IMG/VR virus record: IMGVR_UViG_3300010885_025158
From: an uncultured virus (IMG/VR IMGVR_UViG_3300010885_025158)
Taxonomy: Duplodnaviria; Heunggongvirae; Uroviricota; Caudoviricetes
DNA length: 64,000 bases
Strand: one strand, 5' to 3'
Under the pieces are notes generated by a model. The model made no database searches and was not told the DNA's origin. It saw nothing but the letters and a program-made list of their open reading frames with translations. Each line of letters opens with the position of its first letter. The stretch's first letter is position 1. The position numbers and the translations under genes are program-made. Below are positions 45,696 to 53,607 of the stretch, in pieces.

Positions 45696-46312
45696 ATATA
45701 ACTTTACAGCAATTACAGCAATTAATTCCTAAAAATCCTTATGTAAAGCAATGGCATAACGCCTTGTCACAGCTGCTTCCAGACTACGAGATCAACACTG
45801 CTGAGCGCATAGCTGCTTTCGTTGCACAGTGTTCACATGAGTCCGGAGGTTTTACTGCACTAAAAGAAAATTTAAATTACAAAGCAGCTACCCTACGCAA
45901 GATATTTCCAAAATATTTTCCAGATGATGCTACTGCTGCACACTATGCCAGCTTGCCTAATAAGCAGGAAGCTATTGCTAACAAAGTATACGCTAGTCGT
46001 ATGGGCAATGGTCCAGAAGAATCAGGCGATGGATACCGTTTTTGTGGTCGTGGCTTAATTCAGCTTACAGGACGCGACAACTATTCGTGGTTTGCAGCTA
46101 GCTTAAACATTTCAGTAGAAGAAGCATCACAATATCTTCAAACATTTGAGGGTGCTGCACAATCGGCTTGTTGGTTTTGGGAAACCAATAGTTTAAATCG
46201 TTGGGCAGATGCCGGCGACATACTAACATTAACCAAAAAGATTAATGGCGGTACAATCGGCCTAGAAGACCGTAAAAAACACTATGAGCATGCGTTGCAT
46301 GTTTTAACCTAA
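45692..46312 (+). CDS. Endolysin, glycoside hydrolase family 19
   Basis: AAFVAQCSHES, ENLNY, GRGLIQLTGRDNY and TKKINGGTIGLEDR. Confidence 0.92.
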   Translation: MNITLQQLQQLIPKNPYVKQWHNALSQLLPDYEINTAERIAAFVAQCSHESGGFTALKENLNYKAATLRKIFPKYFPDDATAAHYASLPNKQEAIANKVYASRMGNGPEESGDGYRFCGRGLIQLTGRDNYSWFAASLNISVEEASQYLQTFEGAAQSACWFWETNSLNRWADAGDILTLTKKINGGTIGLEDRKKHYEHALHVLT

Positions 46313-46366
46313 TTTCGATTTTATAGAGGTTGCTTTATCGAAACCACGTAACTATAGGAAACTAAT

Positions 46367-46417
46367 ATGTCTGACTCTAAACCGCTGTATTACAGCAAAC
46401 TACAAGTAGTTTTGTAA
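46367..46417 (+). pseudogene. 16-codon mini-ORF with RBS, possible deletion remnant
   Basis: TAGGA RBS. MSDSKPLYYSKLQVVL* stops 1 nt before the next ATG, which has no obvious RBS of its own. Confidence 0.3.
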
Positions 46418-46418
46418 C

Positions 46419-47183
46419 ATGGATCCCTTTACACTCTTTGCATTAGCCAATGGTGCTGTGTCTGCTGTAAAAGCAGGGTGTAAACTCTACAAAGATATAA
46501 AGGGAGCTGCTGGTGAGGTTAAAGATGTACTTAAGGATCTTGACAAGCAGTTTAATAAACAATACGAAGGCAAGCCTATACCCAGGGAAGCCAAGCAGCA
46601 ACTTCACGAAGAAAAAGAACGAATTGTTGAGTTAAGCAAAAAAGACCCTGGTGATGTGTACACACAAATTGGCGACCAATTAGGCGTGTACTTTGACAAC
46701 ATGGCTAAGTGCATGGCTATTTTTGCTGAAGAAGAACGTCGCAGCAAAGAACTATATACAGGTGAAGAAAGTTTAGGCAAGCGTGCCCTGCAACGTGTGT
46801 TAATGCGTAAAAAGTTGGAACAGATGGCTAAAGAATTGCGCCAGCTGCTAATCTACGAAAGCCCTCCAGAACTAGGTGCCTTATACACTGACGTTTCTGA
46901 AATGATGGAGAAGATCAATAAGGAACAAACAACAGCCCTAGCTAAAAAAATGCGTGAAGATTACGCACGTGAGCAGCGTAAAAAACATAGAATGCGTAAA
47001 TTATATGCAGAAGCTGTTTGGGGTATAGTAGCTGTTGCCGTTTGCTGTAGTGTTGGAATATTGTTTGCAGTTATAGTAGAAGATCGCATTAGAAAATATC
47101 CCCATCTTGGCACAGGATGGATCCCTAAATCAGAAGTTCAGCAGCGCACAGACGCAATACCACCAACCTATTTAGGACGTTAG
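46419..47183 (+). CDS. Coiled-coil protein with C-terminal TM helix
   Basis: MDPFTLFALANGAV start, charged helices and TM VWGIVAVAVCCSVGILFAVIV. Confidence 0.7.
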   Translation: MDPFTLFALANGAVSAVKAGCKLYKDIKGAAGEVKDVLKDLDKQFNKQYEGKPIPREAKQQLHEEKERIVELSKKDPGDVYTQIGDQLGVYFDNMAKCMAIFAEEERRSKELYTGEESLGKRALQRVLMRKKLEQMAKELRQLLIYESPPELGALYTDVSEMMEKINKEQTTALAKKMREDYAREQRKKHRMRKLYAEAVWGIVAVAVCCSVGILFAVIVEDRIRKYPHLGTGWIPKSEVQQRTDAIPPTYLGR

Positions 47184-47191
47184 GAGATTGT

Positions 47192-47341
47192 ATGAGCGAT
47201 GAAGATAAATCAACTACTCAGTCTTTTTGTGCTTGGTTGTTATCAATGAGATTTTGGCCAGCAATTTTAATTGTTTGGCTTGCAGAATTAATTGCAGCAG
47301 TTGTAACACTTTTATTAATGTGGTGGTACTTAAAACACTAA
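47192..47341 (+). CDS. Small membrane protein
   Basis: Not in the ORF track. AGGAG RBS, MSDEDKSTTQSFCAWLLSMRFWPAILIVWLAELIAAVVTLLLMWWYLKH. Confidence 0.65.
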   Translation: MSDEDKSTTQSFCAWLLSMRFWPAILIVWLAELIAAVVTLLLMWWYLKH

Positions 47342-47350
47342 GGAAATTTA

Positions 47351-47653
47351 ATGCACAATTATTTAAAACTATTTAAATGGGTAGTAATTTTGCTCATGTT
47401 ACCCTTAGCACTGGCATTTTTTGGTAAAGAAAGTTTTCGCTATCCTTGCCAAGACCCCGCAAACTGGGACAAAGACTTTTGTAAAATACCTATTTGTGAC
47501 GTTACCAGAACTTGTCCAGAACATATTTTTAAAGGTCAACGTGACCCTAGATTAGGACCCCCAAAAGATGGGCAAACTCAAGCACCTGTACCAGTGGCTC
47601 CAGCAATGGCATGCCAAGCACGACCAACACAAGGAACCAATTGTGGAAAATAA
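47351..47653 (+). CDS. Signal-anchored Cys-rich protein
   Basis: TM segment, then FRYPCQDPANW..FCK.P.CDVTRTC. Confidence 0.65.
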   Translation: MHNYLKLFKWVVILLMLPLALAFFGKESFRYPCQDPANWDKDFCKIPICDVTRTCPEHIFKGQRDPRLGPPKDGQTQAPVPVAPAMACQARPTQGTNCGK

Positions 47654-48080
47654 TTCAATTATCTTTACTGAAGATCAGCTAATGGCTCGTCTTAAGTTTT
47701 TTATTGGTATTTGTTTAGCTCTTACCTTAACTGGTATTGTATTTGTAGTTTTATACTCAATTATTTTTATTACCCAGCCCCTAAACGCAATCAGCCCAAT
47801 TGACCAAAAGTTTTTTGAAATGATTATTCCAATTGCTACTTTTTTAACCGGTACATTAAGTGGAATTATGTTATCTGGTGGCAGTAAAGAAGAAATGGAA
47901 ATGAAACGCGACATGATTAAGCAAGCACAAGAAAATTCAAATACTTATGCTAAAGCTAATCCTGTTAAGATTGAACCGGTATTTCAGTCTGGAATGTCTA
48001 CAACAGCAGTAGCGCCTGCCACAGTTATTATGATTAACGGCAAACCAGCACCACAACAACCGCCCCAACCGGAGATTTAA
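47643..48080 (+). CDS. Two-TM membrane protein (holin candidate)
   Basis: AAGGA RBS before GTG 47643. Two hydrophobic helices and a Pro-rich tail. Confidence 0.6.
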   Translation: MENNSIIFTEDQLMARLKFFIGICLALTLTGIVFVVLYSIIFITQPLNAISPIDQKFFEMIIPIATFLTGTLSGIMLSGGSKEEMEMKRDMIKQAQENSNTYAKANPVKIEPVFQSGMSTTAVAPATVIMINGKPAPQQPPQPEI

Positions 48081-48299
48081 ATGAATAATTTAAAAGCTAT
48101 GCTATCCGACGATACTGCCGTTAGCAGTAAACGTGTAATTACTTTTCTTGCTTTTTTACTATGTGCTGGCGCTTTTATAGCAATGGTATATGGTTACACA
48201 GTAGATCAAAAACTATTTGATTCTATGATGTATATTGTAATTGCAGGAATAGGATTTACCGCAAGCGAAAAGTTTGCACCAACCAAGGAACCTAAATGA
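48081..48299 (+). CDS. Small two-TM protein (holin candidate)
   Basis: SSKRV, two TM helices and a charged C-terminus. Confidence 0.55.
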   Translation: MNNLKAMLSDDTAVSSKRVITFLAFLLCAGAFIAMVYGYTVDQKLFDSMMYIVIAGIGFTASEKFAPTKEPK

Positions 48300-48517
48300 A
48301 GAATCTATTTTATTCAGTATGCGTAGTTCTAGGAGTTACTTTCCTAACTTTAAACAACCCAGTACTTGCGGAAGCATCAACTAAACGGGTATGCGTTGAT
48401 GTTAAAGATAAAGACGGCAAAGTTGCTAAAGATGCTAAAGGCAATCCAAAACAAAGTTGTAAAGATGTCAAACAGCATAAAAAGCTAGAAGGCACAGCAG
48501 TTCCAGAAAAGAAGTAA
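48296..48517 (+). CDS. Small secreted basic protein
   Basis: Signal peptide ending VLA/E and a Lys-rich mature part with two Cys. Confidence 0.55.
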   Translation: MKNLFYSVCVVLGVTFLTLNNPVLAEASTKRVCVDVKDKDGKVAKDAKGNPKQSCKDVKQHKKLEGTAVPEKK

Positions 48518-48530
48518 CTTAAATAAGCTC

Positions 48531-48556
48531 CCAGGGCTTATTTAGGCCCTGGTTTT
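48531..48556 (+). terminator. Probable terminator before phoH
   Basis: CCAGGGC...GCCCTGG followed by TTTT. Confidence 0.6.
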
Positions 48557-48577
48557 ATTAACTAACCAGGCGCAAGT

Positions 48578-49261
48578 ATGTCAAATTCATCAGGAAAAAA
48601 AGCTCGTAGATCTCAAACTCAACCAAATCCTATTGAGTTTGGATTCAAAGATGTTAAACCCTTAAATTATATTCAGGGTGAGTACTTAGAAGCAATCAAA
48701 AATAATGAGATTATATTTGGTATAGGTTCAGCAGGTACTGGAAAAACATATGTGCCAGCATCATATGCTGCTGGCGAGTTATTTCACAGACGAATTCAAA
48801 AAATTATTTTAACAAGACCTAATGTAGAGACAGGGCGAGGTTTAGGCTTCTTGCCTGGAGAATTAGAGGAGAAATATGCTCCTTACTTAGATCCATTTGA
48901 CCAAGTTTTCAGTCGCACGCTTGGCGCAGGTTTCTACGAATACGCTCTAAAATCTAAAGCTATTGAACCAAAACCGCTAGGTTTTATGCGCGGTGTATCA
49001 TTTGAAAACGCTATCCTTTTAGTTGATGAAGTTCAAAACATGACTAAAACTGAGTTTAAAATGTTACTATCTAGAATTGGTAAAAACTGTAAAGTTATCC
49101 TTTCTGGAGATCCAGACCAAACTGATATTGCGGATAGTGGCTTACCAGACGCTGTAAATAGATTAACGGACATTCCTGGCATTGAAATTGTTAGGTTCTT
49201 AGACGAAGACATTGTACGTAGTAAAATGTGTAAACAAATTATTATGGCTTATAGAAATTAA
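48578..49261 (+). CDS. phoH: PhoH-like ATPase
   Basis: GSAGTGKT, LGFLPG, FMRG, LVDEVQN, GDPDQ and DIVRS. Confidence 0.95.
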   Translation: MSNSSGKKARRSQTQPNPIEFGFKDVKPLNYIQGEYLEAIKNNEIIFGIGSAGTGKTYVPASYAAGELFHRRIQKIILTRPNVETGRGLGFLPGELEEKYAPYLDPFDQVFSRTLGAGFYEYALKSKAIEPKPLGFMRGVSFENAILLVDEVQNMTKTEFKMLLSRIGKNCKVILSGDPDQTDIADSGLPDAVNRLTDIPGIEIVRFLDEDIVRSKMCKQIIMAYRN

Positions 49262-49296
49262 AAAAGCCCCTAAGTAGCAATACTTAGGGGCTTTTT
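49261..49296. terminator. Bidirectional terminator at the late/early convergence
   Basis: Perfect 16 bp inverted repeat AAAAAGCCCCTAAGTA-gcaa-TACTTAGGGGCTTTTT. Confidence 0.92.
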
Positions 49297-49311
49297 GTTT
49301 TACAGCAAAAT

Positions 49312-49491
49312 TTATTGCATGGTAGCAGCTTCTGGAGCGCTATCTTGCTTTGGCAATTGTGCTTCAGCTTGCTCACGAACTTTTTGTGTCAAAGGATTAG
49401 CAATTTTGGCAGGCAGCTCTTGCAAACCAGCTAAAATAGCGTTTATTTCGTCAACGGAAAGTTCGGTTAAGGTAAATTTAGTATCGTTCAT
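49312..49491 (-). CDS. Small helical hypothetical protein
   Basis: Not in the ORF track. MNDTKFTLTELSVDEINAILAGLQELPAKIANPLTQKVREQAEAQLPKQDSAPEAATMQ, collinear with nrdJ. Confidence 0.7.
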   Translation of the reverse strand: MNDTKFTLTELSVDEINAILAGLQELPAKIANPLTQKVREQAEAQLPKQDSAPEAATMQ

Positions 49492-49509
49492 GTTTATATA
49501 GATAAAGGG

Positions 49510-51474
49510 TTATTTAATTGGGCAACTACCCATGGCACAGTCAGCATCTAGAATTTCATCGAAGCTATTGGTGTTTTCTAAGTTGACTTCTAAGAGTAAT
49601 TTTACATACTCACTATGGTCTTCTTCAGTTACTACTTCTTGTGGAAGATATAAGTAACCTAAGTCTTTAGCAGTTTTAGTTGGGTCTGTACGATAGATGA
49701 AACTAACGCCTACATAACAATCCCAGTTTTCAAGTAACCAGTCAATAATAGCAGGTACTTCTTCTGTACCATAGCTAATTGTTACACTAGTGTTTTGCTG
49801 TGTCCAACTGGTTTGAATTAGTTTATACTTTTCTAGCTGTTCAATTGCGGAATCTAAATTAACTTCTTTTCCTTCGTGCTTATGAAATGGAACGTCGTCC
49901 CAACAAACTGGGAAAGTTACTAATACACCACTATCATCAGTCGGATGATTAATTACCCTGTAGTTAGCTTCGCGAAGTTTATCAACAACAGGGTCATGCT
50001 TGGAGAACTGAACATTGTTGAAAATATACTTACCTAACGGCTTATGAATACCTTCTGTAGTATCCATGATCTTTGATAAGGTACCGGATGGCTTAACACA
50101 AGTAATATTTTTAGGAGCTGGCAACCCTAGTTCTTCCGCCATACCTACAGCTGCAGCAGTTGCAGTACGCTTTAGGTACTCATAGTCATAGCCAGTCATA
50201 TCAGGACGCTTAGCGATCCCCGTGAGACCGACTCCACAAAGACGCAAGAAGTAATTGTTGAGGTGCCAGGATTCTTGTAAGATACCATCTTGTAAGTTAA
50301 CACAAGTCTGTCTGTAATTTGCTCTAGCCGCCAGTCTAATGGCTTTGTGTAACCCTGCGGTGTCGCCCTTGAACTTGCCAATGTCCGTTTCCGTAAGGTT
50401 ACAGAAACTTTTGTTTCCAAGCAAGATCTCGACACAAGGATTGGCACCCTTAAACCAAGGGGCTCTGCGTAACGCCTCAACTTCATTGATAAAACCTGGT
50501 TCACTTCCACCTGCCTCCAACATTAGTTGAAAAATCTTTTCTAGGTCGCTGCGATGCGGCTTTTCTTTGAATACTAGGCTATTATTTGATTGCTGACGGT
50601 GACTGTTATTATGTAACCACCAATCTTTTTTAGCTACTGCAAATTCTTCCCATTCTGGTTGTCCGTAATCAAAGAGGGCGATCTCAGCGCTACGACGACT
50701 AGATAATATAGTGCCCAGATGATTAACAATATCCAGAATATCCATCCGGCTAAGTAAGCTATCAGCACGACCGTTAAGAATATTGGCAATAGCAACATAA
50801 GCGCTACTAATCGCACTATCACCACTAGAAATCCAACCATAGCCTTTTAACCTTTCGCCAGCAGGACGTAATTGTGAGAAGTCTAGCACTAATGTATCTG
50901 CTGGATATTTACCTGCTAACAACTTACCAATAGACTTTGCCCAAGCTTCTGCTGAGTCACCAATTTGCAGAGTCCACGTTTTGGTTTGTGAATCCCAAGT
51001 TTCGCTATTACTTTCTCGACCACCTTTAGCAGTGCGTTCGCTGCGTACTACACGAATATTTTTGATGGGATTTGAGAATCCGTTCAGTGTACCAACAATA
51101 GGTTTAAATCCTACTCCACAACCTTGTAACAGCAACCATAGAACATCTACTACGTCATAGACTGTTTCAACTTGTGTAAAACTGCAATTAAATTGTGATG
51201 CTTCACGAGTCTGTGCTACGTTTGTGCCGCCTAACCAAAGTGTGCGACCACTCATTGAAACTTTACGATCTAGCATTAACTGCTCAAGATCATAGAGTTC
51301 TGCGTATTCTTTGTCATCAAGATCACGTCCAGCAGCTCGCTGCCACAACCATTCTTGGTGATCTACTACTCGGGCAACTGTATCTTGCCAAGTTTCAAAT
51401 TGTTTTCCGTCGTCTGAAATTGGTCTATTATATGTACGACGTGTTATTACTTGTGCTCTTGTACTGAATGTCAT
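49510..51474 (-). CDS. nrdJ: Class II (adenosylcobalamin-dependent) ribonucleotide reductase
   Basis: SQFNCSF, GCGVGF, RRSAEI, NPCVEI, CNLTE, TCVKPSGT and C-terminal CAMGSCPIK. AAGGA RBS before ATG 51474. Confidence 0.9.
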   Translation of the reverse strand: MTFSTRAQVITRRTYNRPISDDGKQFETWQDTVARVVDHQEWLWQRAAGRDLDDKEYAELYDLEQLMLDRKVSMSGRTLWLGGTNVAQTREASQFNCSFTQVETVYDVVDVLWLLLQGCGVGFKPIVGTLNGFSNPIKNIRVVRSERTAKGGRESNSETWDSQTKTWTLQIGDSAEAWAKSIGKLLAGKYPADTLVLDFSQLRPAGERLKGYGWISSGDSAISSAYVAIANILNGRADSLLSRMDILDIVNHLGTILSSRRSAEIALFDYGQPEWEEFAVAKKDWWLHNNSHRQQSNNSLVFKEKPHRSDLEKIFQLMLEAGGSEPGFINEVEALRRAPWFKGANPCVEILLGNKSFCNLTETDIGKFKGDTAGLHKAIRLAARANYRQTCVNLQDGILQESWHLNNYFLRLCGVGLTGIAKRPDMTGYDYEYLKRTATAAAVGMAEELGLPAPKNITCVKPSGTLSKIMDTTEGIHKPLGKYIFNNVQFSKHDPVVDKLREANYRVINHPTDDSGVLVTFPVCWDDVPFHKHEGKEVNLDSAIEQLEKYKLIQTSWTQQNTSVTISYGTEEVPAIIDWLLENWDCYVGVSFIYRTDPTKTAKDLGYLYLPQEVVTEEDHSEYVKLLLEVNLENTNSFDEILDADCAMGSCPIK

Positions 51475-51482
51475 GATTTCCT

Positions 51483-51956
51483 TTATGTACCAGTACTGCC
51501 GAAGCCGCCAGTACCGCGTTCTGTGTCGTTCCAAATATCCGTAAATGCAGGCAGCAGAACTGGGATAAGTACCAGCTGTGCAATTCTATCGCCGCGTTGA
51601 ATTTTATACGGGTCTTCGGAAATATTTTTTAAGAGAACTTTGATTTCGCCACGATAGTCCGCATCAATGACGCCTACGCTATGAGGCATAGTAATTCCCT
51701 TTTTTCCTTGACTGCTTCTGTTAAATATAAAGCCTGCGTAACCCTCTGGAAGTTTTATCGCTACTCCTGTACCAACAAGTTTTTGTTCTCCAGGATAGAT
51801 TTCCAAATCTTCCATACTCATTAAATCTGCACCAGCGTCAGTGGGGTTAGCACGTTTTGGCAAGAATGCTTCGTCTTCTACTAGACAAGGGATTTGTTGT
51901 TTGATCGCAACTGCACGATTGTGGTCGTAGGTTTGGTTAATGTTTAAAAAGCTCAT
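51483..51956 (-). CDS. dut: dUTPase (trimeric)
   Basis: DAGADL, RSS, GVIDADYRGEI, DRIAQL and RGTGGFGSTG. Confidence 0.97.
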   Translation of the reverse strand: MSFLNINQTYDHNRAVAIKQQIPCLVEDEAFLPKRANPTDAGADLMSMEDLEIYPGEQKLVGTGVAIKLPEGYAGFIFNRSSQGKKGITMPHSVGVIDADYRGEIKVLLKNISEDPYKIQRGDRIAQLVLIPVLLPAFTDIWNDTERGTGGFGSTGT

Positions 51957-52798
51957 TTTATATATAGTTCTAGGGTTTCGTCTATTTGTTTACAATTATC
52001 TGCACCAATGGCTTCTTCACAGTACGTGACCAAGTCCATTAGTTGATAGTTTAGCATTAGTTGTTCTCGGCACTGGTTGAGTGCTTCAATATATTTATAT
52101 TTACCAGTAAGTGGAATACTTGCAATAATATCGTAAGTACTGCCGTATTCATTAATAAGTCCCACGGCTCGTTTAGGCCCAATACCAGGTACGCCAGCAA
52201 CATTGTCACCACTATCGCCTGTAAGACACTTAATACTAATGTAGTCTTCTGGCTCAAAATCATAGTGATCGTGCCAGTTATTAAAGGTCACTTCTTTTCT
52301 GGTAACATAGCTAAATCTTGAAATATTGTTTTGAACTAACAAGTCCCAGTCTTTATCGCTTGATACAAGCCAGATATTTTCTACAGGCAGTTTTGATTTT
52401 TTACTAACAATGTACGCAGCTATGTCATCTGCCTCAACACCCTGAAACTTAATAACTGGATATTCTGTATTTTCTTGAATATGCGCTAGTGCTGCTTGAA
52501 AATCTTCAAAAAACAACTCAAACGCTGCTTTTTCAGCTTCAGTTTGAGTTTCAAATTTGTCTTTACGATTTTGTTTATATTGTGGATATATTGCTTTACG
52601 GTAGCTTGATGAGCCTTGATCGCAAGCTATAATAACTTTTGATGCTTTATAGCTTTTTTGTAGGCTAACTACTGTTCGTAGGTAGTCTTCAGCAAAATCG
52701 GTAGCGCCGCTATGTTTATAGCGAAAAGCTAAGTTTAGTGCATCCACAACCATTAGTGTATTTTCTTGTGCTGTAACTTGTTGAAAACTTTTGCTCAT
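51953..52798 (-). CDS. 5'-3' exonuclease/flap endonuclease (T5 D15-like)
   Basis: VVDALNLAFR, YKQNR, EADD, SSDKD and GDSGDNV.GVPGIGPK. Confidence 0.93.
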   Translation of the reverse strand: MSKSFQQVTAQENTLMVVDALNLAFRYKHSGATDFAEDYLRTVVSLQKSYKASKVIIACDQGSSSYRKAIYPQYKQNRKDKFETQTEAEKAAFELFFEDFQAALAHIQENTEYPVIKFQGVEADDIAAYIVSKKSKLPVENIWLVSSDKDWDLLVQNNISRFSYVTRKEVTFNNWHDHYDFEPEDYISIKCLTGDSGDNVAGVPGIGPKRAVGLINEYGSTYDIIASIPLTGKYKYIEALNQCREQLMLNYQLMDLVTYCEEAIGADNCKQIDETLELYIK

Positions 52799-52829
52799 TT
52801 TAGTGTTAATTTATTGTTTATTAGTATGT

Positions 52830-52858
52830 ATTATAACTTAATTTACTAATAATTTCAA
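52830..52858 (-). promoter_or_regulatory. Sigma70-type promoter
   Basis: Minus strand TTGAAA-17 bp-TATAAT. Confidence 0.8.
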
Positions 52859-53307
52859 GTTACAAATTGTGGTTGCTCATTGACTAACCAGTCTTCTAGC
52901 AGTGCAACATATAGTTCGTGTTCGTCAATGCTTACAAATATATATCTGTAATTACTACTAGGCATATCTAAAAATGCCGTAAATATCTTTGATCGGTCAA
53001 ACTTAAATATTAGTAGTGGTTTTTTGTTTACTTGGTGACCTTGACGCACTGACTGTTTCCAGAACTCTATTAATTGTGGGCTTTTACCCGTTAATAGAGC
53101 ACTTGAAACATGGTCTTCTGCGTAGCCTTTTACTTCTACACACCACAAGTTAGTTCTACCAGGCACGTATAAATCGCCCTTAAGTTGATGTTTAGGGTCA
53201 AGAGCACCTGATCCAGGTACTCTTTCCCATGCTAACCCTGTATGTTTTTTAAGAGCATCACGTACTACAGTTTCAGTGCGAGCACCTTTTGCTCTACTGT
53301 CTACCAT
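52855..53307 (-). CDS. PD-(D/E)XK Holliday junction resolvase-like nuclease (T5 D14-like)
   Basis: SRAKGARTE, RVPGSGA, KGDL and VEVK. Confidence 0.85.
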   Translation of the reverse strand: MVDSRAKGARTETVVRDALKKHTGLAWERVPGSGALDPKHQLKGDLYVPGRTNLWCVEVKGYAEDHVSSALLTGKSPQLIEFWKQSVRQGHQVNKKPLLIFKFDRSKIFTAFLDMPSSNYRYIFVSIDEHELYVALLEDWLVNEQPQFVT

Positions 53308-53606
53308 TATTCAGCTGTTTTTGTTGGAAAAACAATAACAGGTGTTTCTGCTGTAGCAGTAACTGTATCAGCTACTGCTACTTCTTGAGCTACAGGTGCC
53401 GGCACTTCTTCTTCCGCAGCCTTTACGCCAGGTACTTCAAAAGTACAGTTAGGGTCAACCCGTACTATAGCTTTTCCATTACCAACTACTGTTAGTGTTG
53501 CACTTTCGTGGTCACTGAAATAGTCGCCAGGACTAAGCTGTACTTGACCGACGTTTTCACGAGTAACAGTGCAGGTTACACTACCATCAATTTCTTCTAA
53601 AATCAT
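53307..53606 (-). CDS. Hypothetical protein
   Basis: 99 aa beta-rich domain plus an acidic Ala/Pro tail, tightly packed in the operon. Confidence 0.65.
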   Translation of the reverse strand: MILEEIDGSVTCTVTRENVGQVQLSPGDYFSDHESATLTVVGNGKAIVRVDPNCTFEVPGVKAAEEEVPAPVAQEVAVADTVTATAETPVIVFPTKTAE

Positions 53607-53607
53607 A

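Noticed and set aside
49295..49501. Plus-strand 68-aa ORF from the track
   Set aside because: It starts in the terminator and is the antisense shadow of the more plausible minus-strand ORF 49312-49491.
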